A program made the position numbers and the translations under genes. A stretch of DNA of 64,000 bases from Spirogloea muscicola (Eukaryota): NCBI GenBank assembly GCA_009602725.1, contig WELB01000001.1:1625824-1689823 (forward strand), read 5' to 3'. A model generated the notes under the pieces. The model made no database searches, was not told where the DNA came from, and worked only from the letters and a program-made list of their open reading frames with translations. Positions 1 to 13,848 of the stretch are shown piece by piece (positions within the stretch are counted from its first letter, which is position 1; the number at the start of each line of letters is the position of its first letter).

Positions 1-471
1 GCCGCCGCCGAGCGACTGGCCCCGCCGGCGCCGCTTCCGGCGGGGAGCTGGCGGCCGTCCGCGCGGCCGTCCCCGCTCACCCCGCTCTGAGCGCTGCCAC
101 CTGGCAGCCCCGGCCATCGCCGGCGCCGGATTCGTCCCAGTGACGGCGTCGACGAGCGAGGCTGAAGGAGGCTCGGGAGGCACTTCGCCGTCAGCTCCAT
201 GAGCTGCCGGCACATTCGATTGCCTCGTAGCCAGCGGCTCTGGCAAACGGCGATCTGCCCTACCGAGCGCCTGGCAGTGGGGCCCGGCCTCCGCGGCCGC
301 AGCGAGGCCCCTCTGCGGGCGTGACCGGCGGGCTGCGGCGGAGCCGCGGGGGCTCTGGCAGTGCGGGCTGCTCGGCTTCAGGGGCTTAGACGCATGCAGG
401 CGCATGCATGACGGCAGATTGCTGAGCCGCTGCACTCAGTGGCGACAACGAGGTCATAGACACGGGCACAC

Positions 472-3400
472 ATGCGGCGGCGTGGTAGCGAAGACGAGGC
501 TTCGGCCGCCATGGCTGTTGACAACAGCGGCGCAGGGCCGGGGGGCAGGCAGGCGCAGGCGCAGTCTCAGGCCCTTGCGGAGGAGGAGGATGGCGGCGAA
601 GCGGCTGTCACGCCGCCCGGGAGGCAGTTCCTGCTGCCCATGCGGTGCGCCGGCCCCAGGAGGCCGCCTAGCACGACCACCTCCCCTCTCGTTCGGCTCC
701 TGAGGCAAGTGACTGTCGGCCTGTCTGGGGCTTGCCAAGTACGGGCTTCGATGCCCAGGCGATGTCGCAGGCCCTGACCGGGAGCCCAACTTGTCAGGGT
801 CTGCTACATGGCCACATCGGCTTGCGGACCTGCTCATGGGATGTCCAACCCCAACAAGTCATGCTCGCATGCATCTGTCTGCTAAGGGCAGCCCATGGCT
901 GACCTTGCAGATGGTCATGGCCCTCTACCGTCGAGTCTGTGTGGGCGGTCACAAGACCATGTCCCTCATGGACATGTTGACCATCCTCAATGTCGGTCGT
1001 TGCCAGTCAGGATTGCCGCCAAGAAGTGTAATCTGCAGGATGCCTGCTTTCACATGTGTATTTGCATGCATCATCTGACTCACATGCCTGGTGTTTTTGC
1101 AGACATCCGCCAATCCTGAATCACTGGCGGAAGATCCTTCTCGTATGGTCAATGATTGGCCTCGTCTTGGCTGGTGTTGTATGCTGGCTCCTCTGGGATC
1201 ATGACCAGGGCGCTACTAAGCGCGAATTTGTGCTCAGCTGCGTGAGTCGAGCGCAGGTACACATGGATTGGCTGAGCTCCTGTTGTTGTCCACACTTGCC
1301 TCAGTTGGCCTTACAGTCCAGCACCGGCTACCACACTGATTCCTAGTCCTGTTGACTGTAAGTTTGTGTCCGATGCATACTCTAGTGACATTGCTGGCCG
1401 TGAGTGCATTGCAGGTATTGGAGGATCGAATGCAGAGCAACTTGTACACGGCCGCCACTTTGACCGGTCTGATAAAGACTGCAATGCAGTTCGAAAGTCA
1501 GGAGCGTTTTGGAAACTTCCTCTATCAGACGGATTGGACAAGACCTCAAGTACAGATCCATGAGGCACTCTGGAGCCATGCACTGTTTCGCTACTTCAGG
1601 GCTCATGCTGCTGCCTTTTGGATGCCAAGCATCCTGAATGTCATTGTGTCAATGAGATATAGCATCACAGTTGACCATTGGCGGCTTGGGAGCAGACATG
1701 CAAATGCTCCAGGTGCCATTGAGTTCTTTCTTGTTCTATTCCAGGTCCAAGCTGTATACTACATACAGAAGGTACTTCCAGCTGGGCGTCTGCCGCTGGA
1801 GAGAGCTCTCAACACAACATTCAGGAACAGGACCGATATCGATGTCTATGTGCCAGATCCGGCTCAGGTTTACTTCCTCCTTTACTACACCTTATGCTCT
1901 CCTCGTCCTGCCATATTCTGAAAAGAAAGCCCTCCTATGTAACTTCTCCTTTCCTTTGGCGGAGGTTGTTACATTGAGCATACCTACAGGGATGAGTCTC
2001 ACGAGGGATCTCCTCAATGCCCTAGTTCGTTTTGCAGCACTGACTATGCTTTGGTTGCATTGCAACAGCCAGAGTACGCTGTGGTCCGCTACCTGCCCCA
2101 GCAACCTGCTATGAATCCAGCTACTCTTCTTTGGGATGTGTATGCCAACCCTCGGCTTCGGTCAACATTAGAACAGGTAAGTTGGTGGTAATATTGATCA
2201 GTTTTTGTGATATCAGCATCTACAGACTCATCAATGTCAAAGGAATGCCTACTTGCAGCAATATGACGTGGCAATGTTGGTTCTGCTTAGACTAAGCATT
2301 TGTTGAGCTCACTTTTGCGGCAGGCAAGAGATTTTGGGGTACCTGCCTATTGCGCACCTGATGCACTTGGGCCAGGCCGTGTCCGCGCTTTTGTGCCGAT
2401 ATACAAAGGTCCCATTCCATACCCTGCAAACGCTACTGTCGGAGATCGACAGCGTGACATTGAAGGCTACATCGGCTGTCAGTTCAACGTGTCCACGCTC
2501 TTCAAGTCATCACTACATGCCTTCACCAACAGAGACGACATACACCTGCAGTGGTATGTATGCTTGAGATCTTTGTCGCGGGCATGAAGAGCTTCTTCCT
2601 ACTCAGACCAAAAAGCATGTGCCTTTGGTGCCCTTTCTGCTTTCACATGGCACTCTGAGCTGCGTGCAGGTATGACGTCTCAAATGACCCCAGTATGCAA
2701 GAGGGCCTCCTCATGCCAGCGCCTCCAGGGAGTCCCACCTATGCGTCTGACCATTTCCGTAATGGCACAAGCCTCGTCGCTCCGAGCCGCAGCCATCTGC
2801 CTTTCTCGTACTCCACAAAGTACACACAAGGTAGGAGAAAGTTGTCCGATTCGGTACATTCAAGAATGTTGCAGGCTCGGTCTGCCCAATTGGGAAGCCT
2901 ACTTGTCCTGACACAGTTGTGTGCTCCCTGATTACTTGAAGGCTTCCGAGATTACCAGGTGCGCTGCTTGAACGTGGGGTACTCCACTTGGCACCGGATT
3001 GGCAAAGTTGTGCCATGGCCTATCGCCATAATACTGCTGTTCCTGCTCTTGGCGATCATCATGGGCCTCATAGCAAAGCACCAGCAAGCCCTTGCCCATG
3101 ACATCAGGCGCATTGGGAAGCAGAACATGGATCTCAAAGAGGTACTACACCTACATGTGCTAGTTGCCGTGGCAAAGCCAGGTCAATGGCAGGCTTGCAG
3201 ATACTATTTTCATTGTGGGTATGCAATTGTCATGTTACTTTCTCACAAGCTCCGACATTTAGTAACAATGTGGATATCCAGATTGGAGCTGAGGTCGCAG
3301 ATGGGAAGGGCAATGCAGCGTTAGCGGCAGATGACACACCCCTTCTTTGGCAAGATAGATAGCATGACTTTCAGCTACCTTTCCGTTGTGCAGGAGGCTT

Positions 3401-6400
3401 CAGTGCAGGCCAAGGCCTTGGATCACGCGAAATCCGCATTCATTGCTTCTGTCTCACACGAAATCCGTACGCCCATGAATGGTAATTGCACTGGTCACTG
3501 AGCAGCCACTGTTTCCAAGTTCTTACAAGTTCGGCCGATGTTGCTCGGCCTACCTTTTGATGTCGGTCATTGATATGGACAATTTATGAGGATCTGTGTC
3601 AGGCTTGTGTTGTGTGCGTCTTGTGTGAGCATGAATGACTTGCATCATCAGTTTGCCATATTTCCCGGGAACCCTGTAAGGTAGCCTTAGCTTATTGGCT
3701 TCTCTTTGCCTTTGCTGAGGCAGGAATGATTGGCATGACAAATCTGCTCATGAACACGCGGCTGGTGAGTCACTAAAGGATTAATATTAAGTACTTATCT
3801 CTCTGCTGTCAGTTGCTCCAGAACCTGTGATTACATCCAGTGCCTTGTGATAGCCCCTCGATTTTGTTGCTTCGGACATTTGCTCCTGTGATAGATTGTC
3901 TATGACAGATAAGTCCCTCGATGCTACGTGGACAAAACCCGGCCTTCCGTCTCTCATAGATGAAAGCAACCAAGCCAATTTAGTTTAGGCTTGACAGTGC
4001 CATAAGCAGCATGCTCTCCATGCAATCTTCTCATTTGCTTTGACATATTTGCAGGATGCAACTCAGCTCGACTATGTGAAGACAGCTCAGGCCAGTAGCA
4101 ATGCCTTGATTGGACTGATCAATCAGGTGGGAGTCTGTTCCTGTCCCCCATGGAAACAGCAGAGAGGCAGCCATGTGCTAAGAGCTGCTGAGTAGCTAGG
4201 TGATTTGTAAGTACAGTCAATTAGTTGGTCTTGCTCCCTCTTCTGACTCCTGACAAAGGTGGTAAGTTGTCCTTTATGCAGGTCTTGGACTTCTCCAAGA
4301 TGGAAGCTGGACGAATGGTACAATGCATTTTCTTTAGTGGCAATTACATTGCATCTTTGCTCACTCCTGATGTGCACATATCATTTTAGGATGCCCCTAT
4401 CAGTCAACTGCCTTGAAAGTCGTTCATCCTCCGTACACACAATACATCATGTAGTGTCACTAGTCATCTGATTGCATCTTGTGATAGAGAGAGTGGATGT
4501 GTTATTTGTACATCACAGGAGATTGAAAGTGTTCGCTTTGATTTGCGGAGTGAGCTGAATGATGTCCTTAGCCTATTTGGCGACAAAACTCGTCAGAAGA
4601 AGCTTGAGGTGACACGCTTTGAGATACCTCATTGGACATGCGCTGTCATGGACATTCCTGCACCATTGATCCTTCTGACGCATGCAGTGATGCACCTTCA
4701 GGCATGTTCTGACGTTCCTATCTTCCTATGGCAGCTTGTGGGGTTGGTGCAAGAGGCTGTACCAACTTGGCTGGTAGGGGATGTCGGCAAGATAAGGCAG
4801 ATACTTCTGAACCTTATCGGGAATGCTGTCAAGGTAACCCTTTTGCCATCCTTTCTGTAAGCAGTACGATTGACCAGTAGCCCAAGGGTGGTGGTAGCAG
4901 TGCACGCAGTCAGCTAGGATCATCTCACCCACCTGCTCCAGATGGGGCGGTTGCATGAAGCAGCTGCTGCATGTGGTGCGCAGTTCACTAGAGAGGGCAG
5001 CATCTTTGTCAGCGTATGGGTGGCTGGTGTTGAGGAAGATGCAGCACCTCCGCAAGTTGGGGAGTCGACAAGCTCTCCCCTACTGCGGATGGTTTCTCAG
5101 GGGAAGCACGGTCCTTCTGTCATTTGGCTACCTGATTCTATTACTGCAGGGTAATGTCTGCCGTCACCTCTGGTATATCAGGACCTTGCTGTGATATGGT
5201 TGGCAAGCTTGAAATTGTCCACAACTCAAACTTAGCTTGTAGCAAAGCAGTTGTGAAGCCCATTTTGTTCCGCTGGCTGCTGGCACTCAGTAGGATTTCA
5301 ACATTCCGATTTGCAATGTGACAGGAACGATGGGTCGGCAGTGGACATTCAGCGCCATGGTCTTAGCATGCGAGTGGGTAGTCCCAGGAACGACGAGAAG
5401 GTGGTGCTGGCTTTCAGAGAGTGCAACATGGCAGCAGTGGATGCTATGTGGAAGGATAACAAGCGGGATCATCAACACAGCTTGCAGATTATGTTCGCTT
5501 GCGAAGACACTGGCATCGGCATCCCTCTCAGGTCACATATGTCAGCCAGCTATCGGCCAATCTTATGTCAAGTTTGAACGATTCTATGCGCCTTTCTTGC
5601 ATCCGACATGCTAGAGACCAGTTCAAGAGTGGCGGAACTGAAGTGATGAGCCCATCACCTTGACAGAGGTTAGAGAGATTCTGATGCCTTTGCTTGGACG
5701 TACTGAGCAAGTGCAGTGTCCGTACGAAGCTCTTCGAACCATTCTTGCAAGCCAACACGGGAGCAAATCGTGAATATGGTGGGACAGGTCTTGGGCTGTC
5801 CATAACTTCCAAGGTCAGCACGTGTGTGCTACTCTTTTATCCAGATGGTGGCCTTTGCTGCTTGCCTGGGCTGGCTACTGATCTGGCTGTGTGCTCCTCC
5901 TTTGCAAATCCTCACAGCTTGTCACTCTTCTCAAGGGCTTCATGGCTGTAAGCAGTTCGCCTGGAGTTGGAAGCACCTTCCAGTTCCAGGTCCCCTTGGG
6001 ATTGGGATACCCAGACAATAAGGAGGACAGGCTGATCATTGATGCGTGGGCCTCTGATGAACCCGGTTCTGCAAACCCCCCCGGGTCGAAGATTGTGATT
6101 GATAAACTAAGACAAACGAGAGCTCTAGTTGTGGACACTAATCCTGTGCGAAGGTACGGGTTCCTCGCCGTCAGAGTGACTAGTAGCACCTGCAGCATGT
6201 TGTTGTTCGAGGTATGAAGATGATGACTGAATCATCCTCTCAAGAATGGCTGATGCTTCATATTTACCCTTTTTTTACTAGTATTGCTGCATTTGTGCAT
6301 GACCTGCTCACTACCTCCTCCTTGAGACCTGGTGCAGAGAGTCCACATGGTCCTGTTTATCTCGCACGGGCATAAAGGCCTCAAAGGCTGCAAGCATTGA

Positions 6401-8549
6401 GGAGGCAGAGATGCTTGTTCAAGAGGCATGGGAGTCTCAATCAAGACTTGCGCCTTTTTGGGTCGTAGTAGTGGAGTCCCAGGTTGGTCGACCTTATGCC
6501 TGCACTGTCGCACTGCCGCTGAGGTTGACGAATTTAGAATAAGCATCGAGTTCAACAGATGTAGTCGCATTTATGTTGCTGCGTGACTGGTGTTTGCATT
6601 CTTGCTCATACGAATGGATCCGATGATGATGGCTGACTTCTTGGTTGTCTTTCTGTGCCTGGTACGTCTATTGTGGATCGGCACACCAGGCTTCAGGCGA
6701 GGATCAAATTGTAGAGTTGGGAAGGCGGTTAAGAGGGAAGGAGAGGGAGCTCATACAGCAACTTGGAAGATTGGAGCTGAAGTTGGCCATGATTGTCGTC
6801 ATGGTCAATCAAGACAATGCTGCTGAGGCCCGCCTCAAGGCTGCGGGCTACACCGGCTTTCTGGTTAGGCCCTTACGCCAGGTCAGTCCAGCCCCGCTCA
6901 GCACAAGCTGAGTGACCAATGACTGATGGTGTACTCCTCCTGTGGCGTCCTTTCGTCCGTGCACATGTCCTGCATATACAGTGTGCCAAGTTGCCAGCTC
7001 TTCAGTCTGCGAGGCATCAAGCACTGGTTGAGCTTATTCTGCACTCCTGTCGGCTCTAGTCTTCTCCCTATGCTTCCACCTATGCAAGTGGCAGCATAGA
7101 GTAATGACCTTCTACATGACCTGTTCGCCTAGTAAAGCAAGATGGATGACCTTACTCAACAGATTTTTGGCTTGAGGCCTTGCTTTTCAATTGCCGAAGG
7201 TATATAGTGCTGACTCCTCTTTGTGTTGTGAGCAGAGCGTGGCTGCGGTGCTGGTGGGTTCGTTGCTGGGGTTTGTCGGTGATATGGCCCTGGCCAACGA
7301 CAAGGCTACCATGGGTCCGAGCCCTGTGTCATCAGGAGGGCTGGAGCGGAGGAGCTCTTCCAATGTCTGCGAGTGGCTTGTGGGTCGACGAAGCCTCATC
7401 GTGGATGACACGCTCATCAACAGGAAGGTTGCTGGGAAAGTCCTGGAAACGCTGGGCATGACCACTGAGTCAGTGGGCTCTGGCCAAGAGGCGATCCAGT
7501 TGCTTGATCGTGATGCTTTTGACAAGTTTGACGTCATCTTCATGGACATTCAGGTGGGGCACTACTACTTTGCCACCTTGACTTTTATAACCCCATCACA
7601 TTCCATGTTGGCTTATTGCCCGCTACTTATGCTCCAGTGAAGCAAGCAGTAGGCAGGAAGCAGTAGATGAGATCGGATTTTCTTAGTGTACCTTCCAAGT
7701 GCAGGGGTGAAGGTATGCTACATAATCAGCTCCATGCCAGGCTTTGTGACCCTGTCAGCTGACGCTGTATTTGCTGTGCAAGATGCCTGAGATGGATGGA
7801 TATGAGACCACTGCGCGCATCCGAGAGATGGAGATGGACCGATGCGCCTGGAGCCATGGCACTGAGCAGCCTCGTGAGATGCCAACGGGCTCTCCCATGG
7901 AGGTGGCTGAGAGCAGATCAGTGCTGGATTACGACCACGGAACAGCTAAGAGTTTGAAGCTTTCGGCCACGGGCACTTGGGCTGGCAGTGGCTGCGAAGA
8001 TGCAGCGGAGGCTGGCTCCATGAGACGATTGAGAGGGGGAGACAATGGGCAGGGCATGCGAGGAGCCGGTGCTGATGGGCAGGCGAGTTGTCAACCACCA
8101 CTGCGGCATCGATGCCGCATACCTATAGTCGCCATCACTGCGGACGTCATGAAGGGTACTCGGGAGAGGTGCATGGCTGTTGGCATGGATGACTATCTGG
8201 CCAAGGTGAGTTGGTGTGACCCTGCTGGCACTGCATGGGCTGTAGGACTCATAGAAATCACTGTGATGTGTGTGAGCCTTTCTCGATGAGTCTACTATTC
8301 ATCTCATAGGGGATTGCGTGCTGCTTGCTCGCTTTGTGTGCCAATCACGGTCTGAAGTCTTACAGTCGAAGTACATTGCTTTCTGAAAGCAGAAGCAGCA
8401 TGCCAACTAAGGTACGTCAGTCTAGTCAATGGAGACCTCTGTCTTATATAGCTCATTTAATTTTGCAGCCCCTGGATACGAAGAAACTCAAGCTCATACT
8501 TTCAAAGCTTTTCTTGGAACCCACAAACTCCACTAGCTGTCAATACTAG
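472..8549 (+). CDS. CHASE-domain hybrid histidine kinase (cytokinin-receptor/AHK-like), multi-exon; start codon uncertain
   Basis: TM segment at ~1140-1195. CHASE exons read PEYAVVRY..LLWDVYANPRLRSTLEQ|ARDFGVPAYCAP..VPIYK..GYIGCQFNV. Second TM at ~3015-3075. H-box AKSAFIASVSHEIRTPMNG (~3430-3481), N-box RQILLNLIGNAVK, G1 EDTGIGI, G2 YGGTGLGLSI. Pseudo-receiver ALVVDTNPVRR. Receiver LIVDD..FMDIQ|MPEMDG..IVAITAD..DDYLAK|P. Stop at 8547-8549. Confidence 0.93.
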
Positions 8550-9205
8550 CTTCAGGTACACTTACATAGCCGGCTCTTGAGCCACCCATTCTTTTTCCTC
8601 CAGGACTTGAATAATCCAGGTGATACGTCTGTGTCAGATGAAGCTCATCTCCATTGTGCAGAGCCTCCCTCTAGGTAGTAGTTGTAGTCCCCAGGGTTGA
8701 CCTTTCTGTGAGCTTACTATTCCCAGGCTAGCGCCTGCTTCCTGGTCTTATTTATTGAGGTAGCTCCTGCAGCAATCTGTAGTGGTCAACCACGTTAACA
8801 CAAATTTTAGGATAACGCATCAAGGTTTTGGCCAAAGACTACAAGGCTCACAGCTGTCACAAATGACATGCCACTTTATGCCACTTTATGCGAGATTGGT
8901 ATCATTGGAGTGATCTCTTTAAGTGTTCTAGTGACAATGGCATGGAATCTGCTGGATCGCAAGCAGTGATAGGCGCAAGCAGATATTGACGTTGCCTACA
9001 GACAACGACACTCAGCATATGCATGAGCTACACAAGCAAATTACAAAGAGAATACAATATATAACAAGTGAATGAGAATAAGTCAAAAGTCTTAGTGACT
9101 TCCCACCCTTTCAATGACAAATATGCCAATAAACTCGTTCTTATCTGTGTCATTTGAAGACATCCACTGTCCGCACTTGGGCAGTACGTGTCCTTAATGG
9201 ACTGC

Positions 9206-10790
9206 TCAGGGTCCCTTCTGCGACATTAAATGCTCCTTAAAGAATGCAATAGCATTGCAATAGGCCTCGTGTGCTGCCTGACGCGCTTCTTCGTTGTCTT
9301 CGTTGTATCGCATGGTCCAACCATGGGAGACTTTGGGGAATATCTTGACGAAATTTGTGATCCCATTCTACACACAGGGCACGCTCATGAGCATATCTGC
9401 TCTCTCGAAGCAACATTGAGCCAAGCATCAGCCACCATGACCCCAAAGCAGAAGGACGCGCCTCCCACTTCATCTTCTGTGGTAATGTCAAACAGAATTC
9501 AATCTAGAGCTGCACCCACCTTCTGCAGGATGTCTTCAAACTCCTTGGCCAAGGATGGTGGAGTGGCCTTATCAATCTCGGCTCCGAGTATGGCAGTTGG
9601 CATCGTCAGACCTAGTTGCCGGTAAAATGAGTAAGTGACAGAGGATCTCAAGGTCTCTGACTGCGACTTGACACAGGACCTCAAGAATTAAAATGTCAAG
9701 TCGACTGCAGAGCACGTGCGCATGCCTGCTCCTCTGCTTACAGAGCATTGATTGAATATTTGCATTACGGTGGAGTCATGCTCGCCAGTGGTGTAGCCAT
9801 CAGCCATGCAAGTTACCTTCAATATCATCGACAGTCGTAGCCGACGGATGACACATGGTCAAAGCCTGCGCCCCTGCCCGCTTGGCTGCCAGAGCTGCCA
9901 CCTTGGCTGCATGCAATAAGTGGTGCTTGAGAAGCATGTGCTGCTTCTTATGCATAAAAGGCTCAAAGTGAACGTAAGTCGTCTTTTTCCGATACTGGTG
10001 CTGAGGCTGGCAGCTACCAGCGGGTTGTGCACACGTCTTTCTGAAAACGTGGGCGTGGTATAGGGCGGCGCAAAGAGAAGGCTGACCGCCCGGAGCGCAC
10101 CCCCCCAGCAGAAGCCGCAGAGGCCAACCTTGGCTACGCCCTCCTCGCTGCGCAGCGCAGCGACGACTGCAGCCGCGTCCTCGCCCTGCTTCTCCTGCAA
10201 ACGCATGCAGGCCTCAGGACAGGAAGCTCAGCAAGCTGCCCACATTAGCAGCAAGCACTAATGGGCGGGATTTAGGGTTTAGGGTTTAGGATATTTGAGA
10301 TTTAGGGTTTCGACTTCGTGGTTTAGGGCTTTAAGACTTAGGTTTTAGATTTAGGGTTCAAAGTATTCTGTGGCTTGGCTCAGGCAGCGGGCTCGAGCAG
10401 TGGCGCTCAGCAACCGACCCACCATATCCTGCCGGCTCTTCCACTCGGAGAAGGCCGCCATGAAGTCGGAGTCCGCGGCCGGCACGAAGGGGCCGCCGCG
10501 GTATACGTCGACGGCGAGCGCCAGGAAGCCCTCGGCGGCCATGCGGTCCGCCAGCCGCCTGTCAAGGCGGCGCGCGTGGCGGCAATGGTGGCGACGGATC
10601 CATGTCGTCAAGCTCAAGCAAGCCATGGTCTGCGCCGCGTCCAGCGATTCATGTTGTCGTCGGACGCCGCCTCTCAGGGCATAAGATGGTGACGGCGGCG
10701 CGGGCGACGGCGGCGGCGGAGGCGCGGCCATGGAGCTTGAGATGTAGTCTTTCCGTTCACCTGAGCGTCGGCGACTCCCAGCCTGCAGGC
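9206..10790 (-). CDS. Dienelactone hydrolase-family alpha/beta hydrolase; 5' end unresolved (GGC repeat and N at ~10912)
   Basis: Spliced exons read GWESPTLR|RLADRMAAEGFLALAVD, then nucleophile motif GFCWGG (~10100), CHPS, ILGAEID and FPKVSHGW..AIAFFKEHL. Stop at 9206-9208. Confidence 0.85.
10271..10358 (+). repeat. Degenerate interstitial plant-type telomeric repeat (TTTAGGG)n inside an intron
   Basis: tttagggtttagggtttagg..tttaggg..tttaggg..ttaggttttagatttagggtt. Confidence 0.85.
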
Positions 10791-11563
10791 GCGGCCGACG
10801 GCGAGGCGGCGGTGGCGGGGGTCAGCGCCGGCCTCAGCGATCACTCGCCCCCGCAGCCGCCGCCGCCGCCGCCGCCGCCGCCACTGCAGCAAGTGGCATG
10901 GCGGATGCGGANGCCGCCGCCGCCGCCGCCGGCGGCGACGGCGCCGGCCATGGCTGCCCGCAGCGCTCGCGGCGTCGCCGATCTGGCTCGAAGCTCGGAC
11001 ATGTCAAATGCCAAAAGCAGACCCCCGGGTCAGCGGCCCGCGCTACGATTGAGTCACCTTTAGTCAACCCGACGTTGACCTTGGGGGTGCCCATCAAATG
11101 TCCTCTTAAGGGTCCTTGCATTCACTCAGCACTGCGGACTCCAGAGCCTGACGGCGGTGTCCCAGCACCGTAACAATGTGGCCCGGGCTGCCTTGTGACA
11201 TTGCTACTTACATCCGGCCCAATTGCCACAATGTCGAGTCAAGCAGGCCGAGCAGGGGCAGCAACACGGCCGCCTGCACAATCAGTTTGCACAAGGAGTG
11301 ATGCTTCTTCTGTACACTCGGCAGCCTAGCTGCAACTACTTACACTAAGGCCCTTAGCACTGCTTGAGAGCAGAGGGGTGCGCTACTAGGGGCCTGTAGA
11401 ACGAGGACATCAAAGTCATTAAGCACGCAAAAGCGCCGGTAGAGGTAAGGAACTTGGAGCGGCCGCTGCAAGCCCACACAGCGCGGGCCTTCATGCTTCA
11501 AGGAAGAGAAGCTTTCCGCCTGCACGCGGGCTTGTAAGCCAGCTAGCTAGCTCACAAGCCTGA

Positions 11564-13848
11564 TCACGAGTACAGAGCCACAGTGGCCATAATAGAGAGG
11601 CCGAGAAGGAGGAGAGACAGCTGCAGCCAACGGTTGCACTCGGCTCCTGAAGAGTGTGTGAGCTGCATCATCGTGATGTACAAGATTGTCCCTGCATCAG
11701 AGCAGTGGTACCTTCATTAAGCACAGGCGTCTAGAGGGCATGAAGATGATAGACCATGCAGATGCATGTTTCAAAGTAGCTGCAGGTCTAGTCAACAAAC
11801 AACTGCCAAGCCAAGGTCCGTTGTAACTAGCACAGAAGCACCGGAACATGATTATTCCAATACAGGATGCAGAACTTCAGTACCGGCGCCAAAAGCCTGC
11901 GTGAGGTTGGCGGCGATTATGCCGGCCGACCCTTTGACAACAAGCTCCGCCATCCCCACCAGGATACCAAGTGGTGTCATTGAGCAGTAAATTAGCACCA
12001 CGAGAATGGTCTTCCTCATGTCAACCTTCTCTTTGACAAACTGCAGCAATACAAGAAGATGCTCAGCATGTGAGGCAGGCTCAAGCACTGGAAGGCACAG
12101 CAACCAACTTGCAACCAACCAACTTGGACTAGCAGCATTGTACCTTTTAGAGTCAGAAGTAGGTCAGACTTTGATGACAGACAGCAAGGATTCAGGAGGG
12201 TTTAAGCAACAGCATCTACCTGCACCCCCACAGCAAATGCCTCCGCTCCTTTGTGGGCAAGCACAGCAATCAGCAGACTGACTGCTGAATTGAAATGTGA
12301 TTCAGCACCAAGAGCAGCGCCAACGACGAATGAGTGCAGCGAGAAGAGTCCTGCAAGAATGTATGCCATGCTAGCCTCGCCTCCAAGCACCAGATGGTGA
12401 TGCTGGGAGTCATGCTCATGCGCATGCAAATTGGCACAGGTCTCGTCACTTGCTGACTGATCAAGTCCAAGCCACTTGTCCAAGCTGTGGGAGCTTGTCG
12501 CTTGAAGGACTTCGCTGCCCTGCTCTCTTCCCACTGTCTGACGTTGGACAGGCAGCTGACCGCCCCCACGAGTCACATGGGTGTGTGGCTTGTGCTGACA
12601 TCCAAGTGCGTGCGAGCTGAAGGAGTGCATGTGCTGTCCCACCCTGGCCCCTTCTTGCTGGTCCCTCGCCTCCCAAGCTGATGACACACGGCTTGTATGT
12701 CCGTTACTCAGCTGCTGGTCCTCTTGACAACTTGTAAGAGGGAAAATCGGTCCACCTTCCTCTTCGAACTTATCAGGCCCTTGTAGATCCACGATAAGAC
12801 TGCCACTCTGCACGTCATCCTTGATCTCGCCTGAGGCACGGTCGTCAAAGATCTGTACTTGGCCTGCAGACTGAGCAGAGTTCAGAAGAGGCTCCAATTT
12901 GCTGATGTCCGCCTGGCCAAGCAATCCTGACGGAGCTTCCAGGGGTCCGTTCTTGATCCAGTGCCTGGCTACTGGACCATACGAGGAAACAGGATGTACC
13001 TGTTGCCCAGGCACAAGCTCAATGATCAGCGGTAATTGTGACAGTTACTGGAAAAGATAATACTTTTAATATGTTGCGTTCTCACACAACAAGGGGGCAA
13101 CTTGGAACCTGGACACTCCCAGTGGGAACTGAACATACTGGCCCTTGTGAAAGAGCCTCACCTTCACATAGCAGATGCTTGCTCCACCGTGCTGTCTAGC
13201 CCCAGCGGCTACTGCAACCAGCCGCTCCTTTTCACCGGGGCCACGGGAGCTGTGCCTCTCCACAAACCACACAATGAGGATACCAGCGGCGCAGACCGCA
13301 TAAGCTACGGGAAACTCCTTGCCGGACCAGAAGCCCACCCCAGCCTTGTGCAGCTCCTTTGCCGACTCAGGCAGCATGTGCAGCAAGCCCACACCCAGGA
13401 AGACACCGGCCGTGAAGTACTTGCTCAGCTCCATGACAGTGCTCTGCAGGCTTTCCAAGAGCGTCAGGTCGTCAGGAAGCAACACATGTACTGCACGCAC
13501 TGCAGTGCATGTGTTTACTTATCGGGCGAATCTTAGTGAGTGCGTCAACGGCCACGTCAAGTCCGAGTTGTTCAGGTCAGGACTACTTGGCGAACTTTCC
13601 GGTTTCTGACAAGGCCTGCTGCCCACTGTGTGAAGGTAACATGGGTCTCAATGCTTGCTTTCTCCTGACTCCACCAGTTTGCAGTGCTTCGGCACCAATT
13701 CCAGTCCAGGTTGCTTCGTCCAAAAGCATCGTACCTGATACTCCTGTGAGACATTGCTGAGCCTCAAGGGCAAGAAGCTCCCGAGGAGCGAGACGAAGAC
13801 GACGGAGAGAACAGCGGCCAGCTTGAAGTAGATATCGAAGTCCTCCAT
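11564..13848 (-). CDS. ZIP-family Zn/Fe transporter, multi-exon, with a long His-rich cytoplasmic loop
   Basis: Reads MEDFDIYFKLAAVLSVVFVSLLGSFLPL, FTAGVFLGVGLLHMLPES, LHSFVVGAALG..AVLAHKGAEAFAVG, YCSMTPLGILVG and GTILYITM. Stop at 11564-11566. Confidence 0.92.

Noticed and set aside
8868..8891. Short tandem duplication ATGCCACTTT x2
   Set aside because: An isolated 10-bp duplication between convergent genes, with no associated element.
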